Part shown: piece by piece, positions 39,571-49,209 of the stretch | Layout: each line of letters begins with the position of its first letter | Position numbering within the stretch: position 1 is the stretch's first letter | Assembly: GCA_041752695.1 (NCBI GenBank) | Contig: JBGSVZ010000038.1 | Span: 64,001-128,000 of the forward strand | DNA length: 64,000 nt | Reading direction: 5' to 3' | Origin: Terrimicrobiaceae bacterium | Lineage (GTDB): Bacteria > Verrucomicrobiota > Verrucomicrobiia > Chthoniobacterales > Terrimicrobiaceae | Translations under genes and position numbers: made by a program | Notes under the pieces: generated by a model | The model's database searches: none | The model's input: the letters and a program-made list of their open reading frames with translations, nothing else | Told to the model about the DNA's origin: nothing

Positions 39571-39614
39571 GGTGGCGGAATTTTCTAGGAAGGAACGCCA
39601 TTGCGGTATGCCGC

Positions 39615-39760
39615 GCAGGGTGCCAAGGCCACCGGAATATTTGTCGCCGTAGTCGAAGCTGAATCCCAAGGCGAACCAGATCCCCCGGTAGCCGGCGATT
39701 CGTTCGCTCTGCCGCACGAGCGGCTTTTCGTTCCAGTTCAGAATGTCCTTCGGGGAGAAT
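39615..39760 (-). pseudogene. N-terminal remnant of a BNR-4-repeat-like protein
   Basis: GYRGIWFALGFSFDYGDKYSGGLGT resembles the conserved N-terminus of that family; similarity stops abruptly. Confidence 0.6.
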
Positions 39761-39884
39761 GTGCTTTTCACTTCTACGGGTATCGCGTTGAGGCTTCTTA
39801 TAATGGCCTCGAGGAAAAATATAAATCCGGCTTTTCTTAAGGTCCGGGTGGCTTGAGGGAGGGACACGGCCTCCGAAGCCTTTT

Positions 39885-42410
39885 TCAACTCATGACCGCC
39901 AGGACGTGCACGGTGGTTTTTCCAGCAAGAAGCTCGTTGGGGATTGTTCCCGAATCGAGACGGACGCCATCCACCTCCAGATACTGGGTTCCCTTCTGCG
40001 CTTTTCCGGGATTGACCACCTCGATGTACATCCGGCAACCGCGATAGGTGCGTTCCATCGTGAACGCCTCCCAGCCGGGAACACACGGATCGATCTGAAC
40101 TCCCCTGAGCGTGGGACGGATGCCGAGCAGAAATTGTGTCGCGGCGATGTCCATCCAGGCGGCGGCTCCGGTGATGTGGACAACATTGGACCATCCGTGC
40201 TTGGGATTTTCGATACCGACGATGTTGCTCGCCCACGCGTAGGGTTCGCTTTTGTAGCGTTCGATGCCGACTTTCTGCAGGGCATTGTGCGGCACGAGTT
40301 GGTTGTAATATTTCCACGCCCGCTCCGCGTTGCCCAGCATCGTCTCGGCGATGATGGCCCAGGTGTTGGCATGGCAGAAGATGGCGCCATTCTCGCCGTT
40401 GCCGGGATTGTAGGCGGAGAAGGGGTCTTTCACATCCGGCCATGTCTGGAAGCCGGGATAAAGTTTCATCAGCCCGACATCCGTCTGGAGATATTTAAAC
40501 ACGGCCTCCATTGCGGAGCGGTTTTGCGTGTCGGATCCGACGCCGCTCATCACGGCCCAGCTTTGGGAGTTGATCCAGATCTTGCCGAAGGCGGACTGTT
40601 CTCCGCCCACCGGCTCACCGTTGTCCTCGAAACACCGATACCACCATTTGCCATTCCAGGCATGGGACAAAATGCTGGCGACCTGCTGGTGGCGGAGTTC
40701 GGTCAGCCAGGGAATGTCCGCCGTTTTTCCCGCCTCGCCGGCGATCTCGATAAGATATTTCAGGGCGACGACCAATTGCTGCGCGGCGAAAACGGACTCG
40801 CCCTTACCGCCCTCGGAAAATTTTCCGATGATGTCGTTCCAGTCGCCCTTGAGAATAAGCGGCAGGCCGTGAATACCGAGATTGTCGGCGGTGTATCGAA
40901 TGCCGGCCAGCATGTGCTCCCACACCGTGGCCTGTTCGACGGGTTCCTGAGGGTCGAATGAAAAATAAGGCGCGGTTTTTTCGAGAAACTTATAGTTTCC
41001 CGTCTCCGCGAGATAAGTGTGGGCAAGAAAGGGCAGCCACAGGTGGTGGTCGCTGTTGACGTCCAGGTCGGGCTGCCGGCGGGGCCGCGAGGGTTCGTTG
41101 GGCCGCGCGTTGCCGGCTCTCTCTTGCAGGGTGAGCAAATGCAGGAAAATTTCCTCCGCGACCGATGCGTCGCGATAGGTCATGGCCATCATGTCCTGGC
41201 AACTGTCCCGAAAGCCGATCCGGCGAAACCCGGACGCCAGGGTGTTCACGGCCCGTTCGTAGCGGGAAACGTGGATGCAATTGACCGGGCTCCAGATGTT
41301 GATCTGCCGCCGGGCATTTTCATCCGGGATGTCACACGTGAATTTCCCGAGGAGGTCGCGCCACCACGCCCTCAGCTTCGTGCGTTGCGTCTCCAGCGTC
41401 CGCGGATTCCTTAGGGCGTCGATGGTTTTCCCGATCCTGGCCAGCGTGGCGTCATAGTCCGTTAGGATGCCAACCTCGGCGCCAAGCAGGAAGGAAACCG
41501 CAGTGGTTACACCCGCCTTGCAAAAGACCGACGCATGCAAAGCTGCGCAGGGTTCACCAGACTGAATCTCTTCATTTCCACAAAAGCCGTTTTCCACAGC
41601 TACCGGGTTCCGCTCGTCCCGATAGTTTCCCACAAAAGCATCACGGTCTCCACTGTAGCTCGTGATGACGTGCGATGAGGCAAAATAGACGACGGGAATG
41701 TTCGCCACTTCTTCCGGGCTTTGAAAATGAAAGAGATAAAGAAGCGCGCCTGTTCGTGGGTCGAACCACGTTTTGAGCATGTGACGCCAGTAATATCCGA
41801 ACGTCATTTCATCCAGCCAGTTGTATTGGGAGAGTTCCGCATAAGCGAAGACATCAACCTCCTCGTCCCCGCCGGAGAGGTTGGTCAGGGCGAGGTCCCA
41901 GACCAGAGCATTGTGATCGGGTGGGATGAACAGCCGCAGCTTCGCCTCATAGGCTCCTTCTCGGGCGTAAAATTCGGTGAGTCCCGGTTCGTGAGTGGCG
42001 GACCACGCGTCCAGCGTCCGCTCGGTCGGACGAAACCCCGGCGACCAAACCGTACCATCCTTGTGCCGGATATAGAGGTAAAATCCCGGCGAATCCATCG
42101 GCAGGTTGTTCATCCGGTACCGGGTCAGACGGCATTTGGAAGAATGTTTCCACCAGAGAAACCCCCCGGCCGCCTGCGAGACGAAGGCGTGCAATTTTCC
42201 GTTGGAAAGGTAGTTGATCCACGGCGACGGCAGATCTGGGCGATGGATCGTGATCGCGGGCCTGAGGTCATCAAAAACGTAATCCTCCCTGGCGGCGGAT
42301 GGCCCGCTGGACCCCTGCGCCGCTCCCGACCAATCGGTCGGCCTTCGAGGCTCCTCCGGGTCACGTCCGATTTTAAGAAGGAGAAGACTGGTTCGGGATT
42401 CAGGGGCCAT
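39885..42410 (-). CDS. GH94 glycoside phosphorylase
   Basis: PSPWINYL, WSPG..P, GFRDSCQD, GDWND (catalytic Asp), GESVF and ENGAIFCH. Confidence 0.93.
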   Translation of the reverse strand: MAPESRTSLLLLKIGRDPEEPRRPTDWSGAAQGSSGPSAAREDYVFDDLRPAITIHRPDLPSPWINYLSNGKLHAFVSQAAGGFLWWKHSSKCRLTRYRMNNLPMDSPGFYLYIRHKDGTVWSPGFRPTERTLDAWSATHEPGLTEFYAREGAYEAKLRLFIPPDHNALVWDLALTNLSGGDEEVDVFAYAELSQYNWLDEMTFGYYWRHMLKTWFDPRTGALLYLFHFQSPEEVANIPVVYFASSHVITSYSGDRDAFVGNYRDERNPVAVENGFCGNEEIQSGEPCAALHASVFCKAGVTTAVSFLLGAEVGILTDYDATLARIGKTIDALRNPRTLETQRTKLRAWWRDLLGKFTCDIPDENARRQINIWSPVNCIHVSRYERAVNTLASGFRRIGFRDSCQDMMAMTYRDASVAEEIFLHLLTLQERAGNARPNEPSRPRRQPDLDVNSDHHLWLPFLAHTYLAETGNYKFLEKTAPYFSFDPQEPVEQATVWEHMLAGIRYTADNLGIHGLPLILKGDWNDIIGKFSEGGKGESVFAAQQLVVALKYLIEIAGEAGKTADIPWLTELRHQQVASILSHAWNGKWWYRCFEDNGEPVGGEQSAFGKIWINSQSWAVMSGVGSDTQNRSAMEAVFKYLQTDVGLMKLYPGFQTWPDVKDPFSAYNPGNGENGAIFCHANTWAIIAETMLGNAERAWKYYNQLVPHNALQKVGIERYKSEPYAWASNIVGIENPKHGWSNVVHITGAAAWMDIAATQFLLGIRPTLRGVQIDPCVPGWEAFTMERTYRGCRMYIEVVNPGKAQKGTQYLEVDGVRLDSGTIPNELLAGKTTVHVLAVMS

Positions 42411-42476
42411 GGAAAAAAACGGAGCGGGTGTGGTTAACACCTAGCTGTTAAATTTTCTCAGGCAAAAAATTCATGC

Positions 42477-42489
42477 GTTAACAGTTAAC
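42477..42489. promoter_or_regulatory. Candidate operator, copy 4
   Basis: GTTAAC-A-GTTAAC upstream of GH94, 11 bp from a minus-strand TTGCCT. Confidence 0.72.
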
Positions 42490-42514
42490 TTTCGTCCAGA
42501 CAGGAAAGCTATTC

Positions 42515-42650
42515 TTGGGAAAGAAAAGGAAAATAACCAAAGCCGAGAATGACGCGAGAGACAATCCGCTGATCGAAGCGTTGCTGGAAAAATATGGGAG
42601 AAGCCGGGAGGCGATTCCTGGGGAGAACGGCCAATTGGCTGATCTACGCC
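42515..42650 (+). pseudogene. Possible IS256-family transposase N-terminal fragment
   Basis: LIEALLEKYGRSREAIPGENGQLADLRR resembles the IS256 N-terminal '..LGENGLL..L' pattern. Short match only. Confidence 0.4.
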
Positions 42651-42654
42651 GTTG

Positions 42655-42896
42655 TGCCTTCGATCCCCCCGCGCGCCTGGGCAAATCCTTCACAGCTGGA
42701 GGTAGGCTCTCGTCACCATGTGGCGCGTCACCAAAAACAATGCCATCACGGAAGGCCTCTATAGAAAGATGAAACTCATTCAACGCCGTGCCTACGGCTT
42801 CAAAAACTTTTTCAACTACCGCTTGCGCGTCATTGCTCAGTGCGGCTAACCAAAAACCCAACAAATGACCTCATCCCCATTGTTCGGTGGAGAGCC
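42655..42896 (+). mobile_element. ISL3-family remnant (transposase C-terminus plus right inverted repeat)
   Basis: MWRVTKNNAITEGLYRKMKLIQRRAYGFKNFFNYRLRVIAQCG* (stop at 42849); ends ...GGTGGAGAGCC, the reverse complement of the ISL3-type GGCTCT terminus. Confidence 0.88.
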
Positions 42897-42929
42897 TCAT
42901 CCTCCCTCAACCGCCAATGCCGCAGGCAT

Positions 42930-43004
42930 TGGCTCCTGAGGTAGGATTCGAACCTACGACCAATCGGTTAACAGCCGACCGCTCTACCACTGAGCTACTC
43001 AGGA
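42930..43004 (-). tRNA. tRNA-Asn(GTT)
   Basis: TCCTGAGTAGCTCAGTGGTAGAGCGGTCGGCTGTTAACCGATTGGTCGTAGGTTCGAATCCTACCTCAGGAGCCA; full cloverleaf with encoded CCA. Confidence 0.98.
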
Positions 43005-43101
43005 TTCGTGGAAAGGGGGTAAAAGAAAGCGGGAATCCGGTGCGGTGTCAAGGGGCGTGAGGGGTGAATTTGCATTGGACATCGCGGGCGGCCGGAGTTG
43101 A

Positions 43102-44160
43102 ATGGCGGGAGTGTCTGTCTCTGCCCTGCATCCTGCCTCCTCTCCGTCCCTGGAGGATCGCGCGTGTTTTATCGCGGGTTCCGCAAAATCCGGCACCACT
43201 CTTCTCGTTTCTCTCTTTGATGGTCACGGCGAGCTTCTGGCCTTCCCGGAGGAGACGGCGTATTTTCCCACGGTTCGTCGCAAATATCTCAAGGCGGGCC
43301 GCGAGGCACAGATGCGGTATCTGATGGACCAGGCGGAGTCGCGTCTGCTTTTTGCCGCAGAATCCCAAAAAGGTAACCGCGACTACGGAAACTTTCCCCG
43401 CGAACGCTTTCGCAAGGATTTTGAAGCGGCCGTGAGAGATCCGGGCAACGCGGAGCGCGATCTCCTCGCCATCATGGTCGAATGTTACGCGCGCGTTCGG
43501 CAAATTCCCCTCGAAAGCGTGACCCGCTGGATCGAGAAAACCCCGGCGAATCGGTATTGCCTGCCCGATATCAGGACACGTTTTCCCAAGGCCCGCGTGC
43601 TCCTGACCCTGCGGGATCCGCGGGCCGTGCTGGCGGCGTATCTGCTGCGCAAGCGGCGCAAGGGCCAGCAGTTTTCGGTTTATGACTGCGTGAGCCACTG
43701 GCGTCAATCCGCGGAAGTCGCTCTTGCCGCGTCGCAAAATGCGGACTGGCTGAGGGTGGTGAAATTTGAAAACCTGGTGCGTCAGCCGGAGGTGGAAATG
43801 CGCGGGATCTGCGAGTTTCTTGGCGTGGCATTTGTGCCCTCGGTTCTCATCCCCACGAAGGCCGGCGAGCACTGGCGGGGAAACTCCGCTGTGAAAGAAA
43901 AATTTTCCGCGGTGGACACCGCGCCCGCCGATCGCTGGAAAACCTCGCTGCGGCCGGAAGAAATTGGTTGGGTGGAACTGCACTGCCGGGACTGGATGGC
44001 TGCCCTGGGATATGAGCCGGTGGGGACCTCCGGGAGTTTCAGGGACTGGGTGAGGAAGTTTCCCGAGGAATCGTGGAGCGACTTCCTGAAAGGGCGTCGG
44101 CACTCGCTGCGTGACCGCCTGGGCGGACGCTGGAAATTGGCCGGTGAGCGGACCGTTTGA
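43102..44160 (+). CDS. Sulfotransferase family protein
   Basis: 5'-PSB motif FIAGSAKSGTTLL; WIEKTP; LRDPRAV; VKFENLV. Confidence 0.9.
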   Translation: MAGVSVSALHPASSPSLEDRACFIAGSAKSGTTLLVSLFDGHGELLAFPEETAYFPTVRRKYLKAGREAQMRYLMDQAESRLLFAAESQKGNRDYGNFPRERFRKDFEAAVRDPGNAERDLLAIMVECYARVRQIPLESVTRWIEKTPANRYCLPDIRTRFPKARVLLTLRDPRAVLAAYLLRKRRKGQQFSVYDCVSHWRQSAEVALAASQNADWLRVVKFENLVRQPEVEMRGICEFLGVAFVPSVLIPTKAGEHWRGNSAVKEKFSAVDTAPADRWKTSLRPEEIGWVELHCRDWMAALGYEPVGTSGSFRDWVRKFPEESWSDFLKGRRHSLRDRLGGRWKLAGERTV

Positions 44161-44177
44161 ACGCCAATCTGCGCACC

Positions 44178-45287
44178 ATGCGGATTCTCGTTTCCCCCGA
44201 TAAATTCAAGGGCTCGCTTTCGGCGGGCGCAGCCGCCCATGCGATCCGAACGGGATTGAAGCGCGTCTTCCCGGAAGCGACCTATGATCTCGCGCCCATT
44301 GCCGACGGAGGCGAAGGCACAGCGGAGATTTTTTGCGAAGTGCTGGGCGGGACCCGGGTGTCGGCGTCATCCCACGATCCTTTGGGGAGGCCCATCGAGG
44401 CGTCTTATGTCTGGTTCCCCGAAAAAAAACTGGCGCTTATTGAGATGAGTGAGGCGTCGGGTCTTTGGAGGCTGACGCAGGAAGAACTCGATCCTTTTCG
44501 CGCCTCGACATGGGGCACTGGCGAATTAATGGCCGACGCCATGGCGCGCGGGGCCACGACTCTCTACGTTGCTCTGGGGGGTAGCGCCACGAACGACGCC
44601 GGTCTCGGCATGGCCGGGGCGCTCGGGTGGAAATTTTTGGACTCCGGGGATAATGAACTTTCGGCTCTGCCGGTAAATTTTTCTGCGATTCGTCGTCTCG
44701 CGGCGCCGGCCGGATGGCCCGCCTGCAAAATCATCGCGCTCTGCGACGTGCAGAATCCTCTGCTGGGTCCCCAGGGTGCCACTCAGATGTTCGGCCCGCA
44801 AAAAGGGGCGGCTCCCGCCGTGGTTTCAGCGCTGGAGGACGCCCTCAGCCATGTGGCGGACCTGTGCCGGGATCAGCTGGGAAGAGACTTCCGCGCGGTG
44901 CCTGGAACCGGTGCCACCGGGGGCCTTGCGTTTGGTTTGATGACGTTTTGCGGGGGTGGCCTTCAGCCTGGGTTCAAAACCGTGGCTGACGTGCTGGATT
45001 TGAAAACCCGCGTGGCACGGGCCGATCTGGTCGTGACCGGCGAAGGCCGCTTGGATGCACAAACGGCGCACGGTAAGGGGCCGGCCGAGATCGCCCGGCT
45101 CGCCCGTTCCCACCGGGTCCCGGTCATTGCGCTGGCTGGTAAAGTTGAGGGCAGTCTGGCCGAGTTCGACGCCTGCCTCTCCATCGCGGACGGACCTTTG
45201 ACGCTTGATGAATGCCGCCTCCACGCGGCAGAGTTGCTGGAGGCGGCGGCGGAACGTGCTGCGCGCCTGCTGAAAATTTCCCTATGA
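44178..45287 (+). CDS. Glycerate kinase (class I, GlxK/GarK family)
   Basis: PDKFKGS, ADGGEGT, GGSATNDAG, FGPQKGA and TGEGRLD. Confidence 0.94.
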   Translation: MRILVSPDKFKGSLSAGAAAHAIRTGLKRVFPEATYDLAPIADGGEGTAEIFCEVLGGTRVSASSHDPLGRPIEASYVWFPEKKLALIEMSEASGLWRLTQEELDPFRASTWGTGELMADAMARGATTLYVALGGSATNDAGLGMAGALGWKFLDSGDNELSALPVNFSAIRRLAAPAGWPACKIIALCDVQNPLLGPQGATQMFGPQKGAAPAVVSALEDALSHVADLCRDQLGRDFRAVPGTGATGGLAFGLMTFCGGGLQPGFKTVADVLDLKTRVARADLVVTGEGRLDAQTAHGKGPAEIARLARSHRVPVIALAGKVEGSLAEFDACLSIADGPLTLDECRLHAAELLEAAAERAARLLKISL

Positions 45288-46216
45288 GTAAAAAAATCGC
45301 ATTATTGTTCGCCGGTCAGGGCGCCCAAGCCGTTGGCATGGGCAAGGACCTCGCCGCGGAATCGCCCGTCGCCGCCCAACTTTACCGCCAGGCCGATGAG
45401 ATCCTCGGCTATTCGCTCTCCCAAATATCCTTCGATGGCCCCGCCGAGGAACTCACCAAGACGGCCGTCTGCCAGCCTGCTCTCTATGTGCATGGACTGG
45501 CCTGTCTCGCTGCGCTCCAAGCCAAGCATCCCGCATTCGAGTTCCACGCTGCGGCCGGACTTTCTCTGGGCGAATTCACTGCGCATGCCGCGGCGGGAAC
45601 GTTTGATTTTGAAACCGGCCTGCGTCTTGTCGCCAAGCGGGCTAATGCCATGCAAAAAGCCTGCGACGAAACCGAAGGCGGCATGGCGGCCATCATCGGC
45701 GGGGAAGAAAATCGCATCCGCGACCTAGCCGCGGCCGCCGAGGTGGACGTGGCCAATCTCAACAGCCCCGGCCAGATCGTGCTCTCCGGGGGTGCCTCCA
45801 AAATCGCGCTCGCCGTTTCCTTAGCCCGGGAGTACGGCGCGCGCAAGGCCGTCGAACTTCAAGTCGCGGGAGCCTTTCACTCACGCCTGATGGAAAGCGC
45901 GTACCTCACGCTTCAGGAGGCGCTTGAAGCCACCCCGATGGCGGAACCTCGCGTGCCGGTGGTGTGTAACGTGGACGCCCAATCCGTCAGCGCGCCCGAA
46001 GTCATCCGCCGCTCCCTCGCTGATCAAGTGACCGGGAGCGTCCGCTGGACGGAAAGCGTCGAATATTTGATCGATCATTTGCATTGCACCGACTTCCTCG
46101 AACTTGGGCCGGGCGGGGTGCTGGCGGGCCTCGTCGGACGCATCCGGAAGGGAACGCCAGTGGTCACAATCTCGAACGCGGCTAGCCTGCAGGACGCAGG
46201 ATCAGCCCTAGGTTAA
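45284..46216 (+). CDS. fabD: Malonyl-CoA:ACP transacylase
   Basis: FAGQGAQ, GLSLGE, AFHS and LELGPG. Confidence 0.96.
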   Translation: MSKKIALLFAGQGAQAVGMGKDLAAESPVAAQLYRQADEILGYSLSQISFDGPAEELTKTAVCQPALYVHGLACLAALQAKHPAFEFHAAAGLSLGEFTAHAAAGTFDFETGLRLVAKRANAMQKACDETEGGMAAIIGGEENRIRDLAAAAEVDVANLNSPGQIVLSGGASKIALAVSLAREYGARKAVELQVAGAFHSRLMESAYLTLQEALEATPMAEPRVPVVCNVDAQSVSAPEVIRRSLADQVTGSVRWTESVEYLIDHLHCTDFLELGPGGVLAGLVGRIRKGTPVVTISNAASLQDAGSALG

Positions 46217-46217
46217 A

Positions 46218-48989
46218 TCATAGCCACTTTTTGATCTGTTCCGCAAAGCGGTTGTAGATAAACCCGAGCGCGAGCAGGACCAAGGCCAAGCCGATGATTC
46301 CGAGGATGCCGGCGAATTGTCCCATCTTCCAGACATCCACAAAAAACACGTGGCCGACCGCTACGGCGAGAATGAGCAGTCCCATCAGCCGGTAAACCCG
46401 CTCGCGCAGGAGAAATCCTGTTCCGAGCGCGGCAAAGGCCAGGAGCGCCCAGACGATGGTGGGGGCAATGCCGCTTGGGCTCTCCCAGGCCCAGCGCGAA
46501 GATTCATACCAAAGACCCAGCAAAGCGGCCACGGCCAGCGCGCCCTGAACCTCGGTCGGAAACAACCCGGTTCCCGCGAGCAGTTTTTTGCCCGCTTGAT
46601 GGAGCCCCAGCAATAACACCAAAGCCAGAAAATCGCTGCCAGAACCCGAGCTTTGGCTGGCGACGGTTATCACATAACAAACAATTCCCACACCTGTCAG
46701 CACCGCGGCGTGGATCAGGTATTCGTGATTTTTTCGCAGTGCCGCCGGAATGAAAACCAGGAGGCCTGCCAGGGTGAAAATAAGGAAGCGCGTCGAGTCC
46801 GGAAGATAGGCCAACAACCACGCCACCGAGAGAAGCAGGAGGATGGCGCGGTAACCCAAAAGCAGCGGCCTGAGTGTTGGTCGCCCGCGCTCGGGAACAC
46901 CCCAACCCGCTGCCGCCTGCACCGCCACCACAGCGATCGTCCCGAGCGTGAGCTGCCACGGGGCATCCCCCCAAATCAGCGCGCGGAAACACCAGCCGAC
47001 CGCTCCGAACGTGAAGAGTTGGCTCAGCACCGCAAGAAACCAGGCCCGCGTGACGAGCCCGTAGATCAAGACACCCAGCCCTGCCAGAGCCAGTGGCAAC
47101 ATTTCGGAGTCTCCGGTTAAATCCGGTGAGAGCCAAAGAGCCAGCACGCCGCAGGAAATCAGCGCATCCACGCCCTGCAACACCTGTCCGACGGAAGGTG
47201 CAAACAGCGTCTGCCGTTGCCACCAATGCATGAGCAGGAGTGCCACCGCCATCACTGGCAGCGCGTTGCTCCAGCCCAGGCCCTCATTCATCATCGCTGG
47301 AAGGAGCGCCAGTGCCGCCGCGGCCAGAAAGGTCTGCACGCCCACGGCAATCTCCGGCAAACGATGGAGGCGCAGCGCCACCGTGCCCACGACGGCCACG
47401 CCGAGCAGAACCCAGATGAGGGTGTTCCCGTCGAAACGATTTTCCAGGGTCACTCCGAGGAGAATCAATCCGGCCCACCCGTACCCGGCTGCGCCCCAGG
47501 TCCATTGCAGTTTAACCAGTGCGCCACGCAGATGCTTCAACAGAGCAGCGTTCCCCACCAGCAGCGCCGAAACAAACGCCCCGACCAACCAGGCCCGATC
47601 CCGCAGCCCTCCAAAATCCTCCAGCACGAGGCAAAACGCTCCGAAGGACGTGAGGCCGGACGCAATCCGGAAAAGCTGCTGATGCCGGAACTGACTGAGG
47701 AACAACAGCGCCGTGCTCTCCACGCCCAGCACGATCGCCAGTTGATAGCCGGAGAAACGCGCAATCAGTCCAACGGTGAAAATGATCAGCCCCTGCGCCA
47801 GATATGCCCCGTCGAACCCAAAATCGTCGCGGCGCATCCTGCGGGCGATCGCGGAAAGAATCAGCAGGACCGTCCCAAAAAGTAGCGCAAAGATCCAAAA
47901 CTGCTCGGGATAGCGGGCGTGAAATGCGGGAGCGATGAGGGCGAAAAACGCGGCATTGTTTGCGGTGAGAAATGCCTCGCGATGGGCTTTTTGAAAGGCC
48001 CCCCCGCGGTGCAAAAATACCGCCACGGTAAAGATCACCCAATAGGCGGCCAGAAACCCGTGCGTGAACCAAAAATCTCTACCCGCTGCGTCCCCGGCCT
48101 GCCAGCGCCAGTAGGCGAAGCTGACATACGAACCCACCAGTCCCAACCACGACACCCCGAACCACCGGTGGCGTGCCAGGAGAAACACGGCGACGCCCGT
48201 CAGCACGATATTCGAAAACAGGGTGAAATTCGCCGCGGAGTTAATCGCCGAGGAATAGTAGGCGAGCAGAACTGCGGTGAAAGCGACAGTTTCGGATTTC
48301 CGTCGCTGGGCGAACCAGACCAACCCGCCCGCCAGCAGCAACAAGGCCGCGCCGCCGAGAAGCGGATTCTCGATGACGCGAAGCGGAGCGACGAAATGCG
48401 CGGCGTAAGTCGTATAATAAAGCGTCGCCGCGCCGCCGGCCATTAGCACCCGCGCATAATTGCGCATGGGCACCCTGCGCCGTTCCAGCCAGATCCCGAG
48501 CCAGGTCAACGCCCCGCCCGCCAGATAAAGCAGGGCCAGTTTTCCCGGAGCACCCAGCTTGGTGATAAAGTTTTGATAGGCCAGGTTCCCCAAGAGCACC
48601 AACCCGGTGAGCAAAACGAGAATGCCGATGCGCACCAGCCAGTATTGGCCGACCCGCATCTCCAGATTTTCCTCCGGCTTGGCCGGAATTGGCGGAGGAA
48701 CCGCGGGCTCTTGGACCGAGGGAAAAGATGGCTCTGCGCCTCCAGCCTCCACCTGCGGCATTGCGGAAAGATCAACCGGCAGCGGTGGCGGACGCATTCC
48801 CACGGGTCTGGCTGGCGCAACCTCTGCTGGCGTATCTACGGGAGACGGCGTGGCGGGGAGGGGAGGGGCATCCGTGTCCATCCGCGCGCGCAGGCCCATG
48901 ATCTGTTGATCGAGGCCCTCCAATCGACGACGCAGATCGGCCTGCACCATCTCTAGAGTGCGCAGGTCGGATTCCCATTCGTTTCTCAT
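46218..48989 (-). CDS. DUF2339 polytopic membrane protein
   Basis: Coiled-coil and Pro-rich N-terminus, LEMRVGQYWLVRIG, many transmembrane segments. Confidence 0.85.
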   Translation of the reverse strand: MRNEWESDLRTLEMVQADLRRRLEGLDQQIMGLRARMDTDAPPLPATPSPVDTPAEVAPARPVGMRPPPLPVDLSAMPQVEAGGAEPSFPSVQEPAVPPPIPAKPEENLEMRVGQYWLVRIGILVLLTGLVLLGNLAYQNFITKLGAPGKLALLYLAGGALTWLGIWLERRRVPMRNYARVLMAGGAATLYYTTYAAHFVAPLRVIENPLLGGAALLLLAGGLVWFAQRRKSETVAFTAVLLAYYSSAINSAANFTLFSNIVLTGVAVFLLARHRWFGVSWLGLVGSYVSFAYWRWQAGDAAGRDFWFTHGFLAAYWVIFTVAVFLHRGGAFQKAHREAFLTANNAAFFALIAPAFHARYPEQFWIFALLFGTVLLILSAIARRMRRDDFGFDGAYLAQGLIIFTVGLIARFSGYQLAIVLGVESTALLFLSQFRHQQLFRIASGLTSFGAFCLVLEDFGGLRDRAWLVGAFVSALLVGNAALLKHLRGALVKLQWTWGAAGYGWAGLILLGVTLENRFDGNTLIWVLLGVAVVGTVALRLHRLPEIAVGVQTFLAAAALALLPAMMNEGLGWSNALPVMAVALLLMHWWQRQTLFAPSVGQVLQGVDALISCGVLALWLSPDLTGDSEMLPLALAGLGVLIYGLVTRAWFLAVLSQLFTFGAVGWCFRALIWGDAPWQLTLGTIAVVAVQAAAGWGVPERGRPTLRPLLLGYRAILLLLSVAWLLAYLPDSTRFLIFTLAGLLVFIPAALRKNHEYLIHAAVLTGVGIVCYVITVASQSSGSGSDFLALVLLLGLHQAGKKLLAGTGLFPTEVQGALAVAALLGLWYESSRWAWESPSGIAPTIVWALLAFAALGTGFLLRERVYRLMGLLILAVAVGHVFFVDVWKMGQFAGILGIIGLALVLLALGFIYNRFAEQIKKWL

Positions 48990-49209
48990 CCGCTCGAGAC
49001 TCTCCGTTTTTGGGCAAATCCCAAATCGAAAATCTTTCCTTCAACATCGAATTTCTCAATGAGGGGATCCCGTTGGAGTTCACGCTTCAGCGTGCGCCGC
49101 TCCTGCGGGAAGGCCTATCGGAGGCGCACGCTGAAGCGTGAACTCCAACAGACCTGCCGCCCCCAGATACTCCTCTTGAACGAAATCCGATTTTCCGCGA
49201 GGTTCCGTC

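Noticed and set aside
42966..42972. GTTAAC inside tRNA-Asn as another operator copy
   Set aside because: It is the anticodon loop and only a half site.
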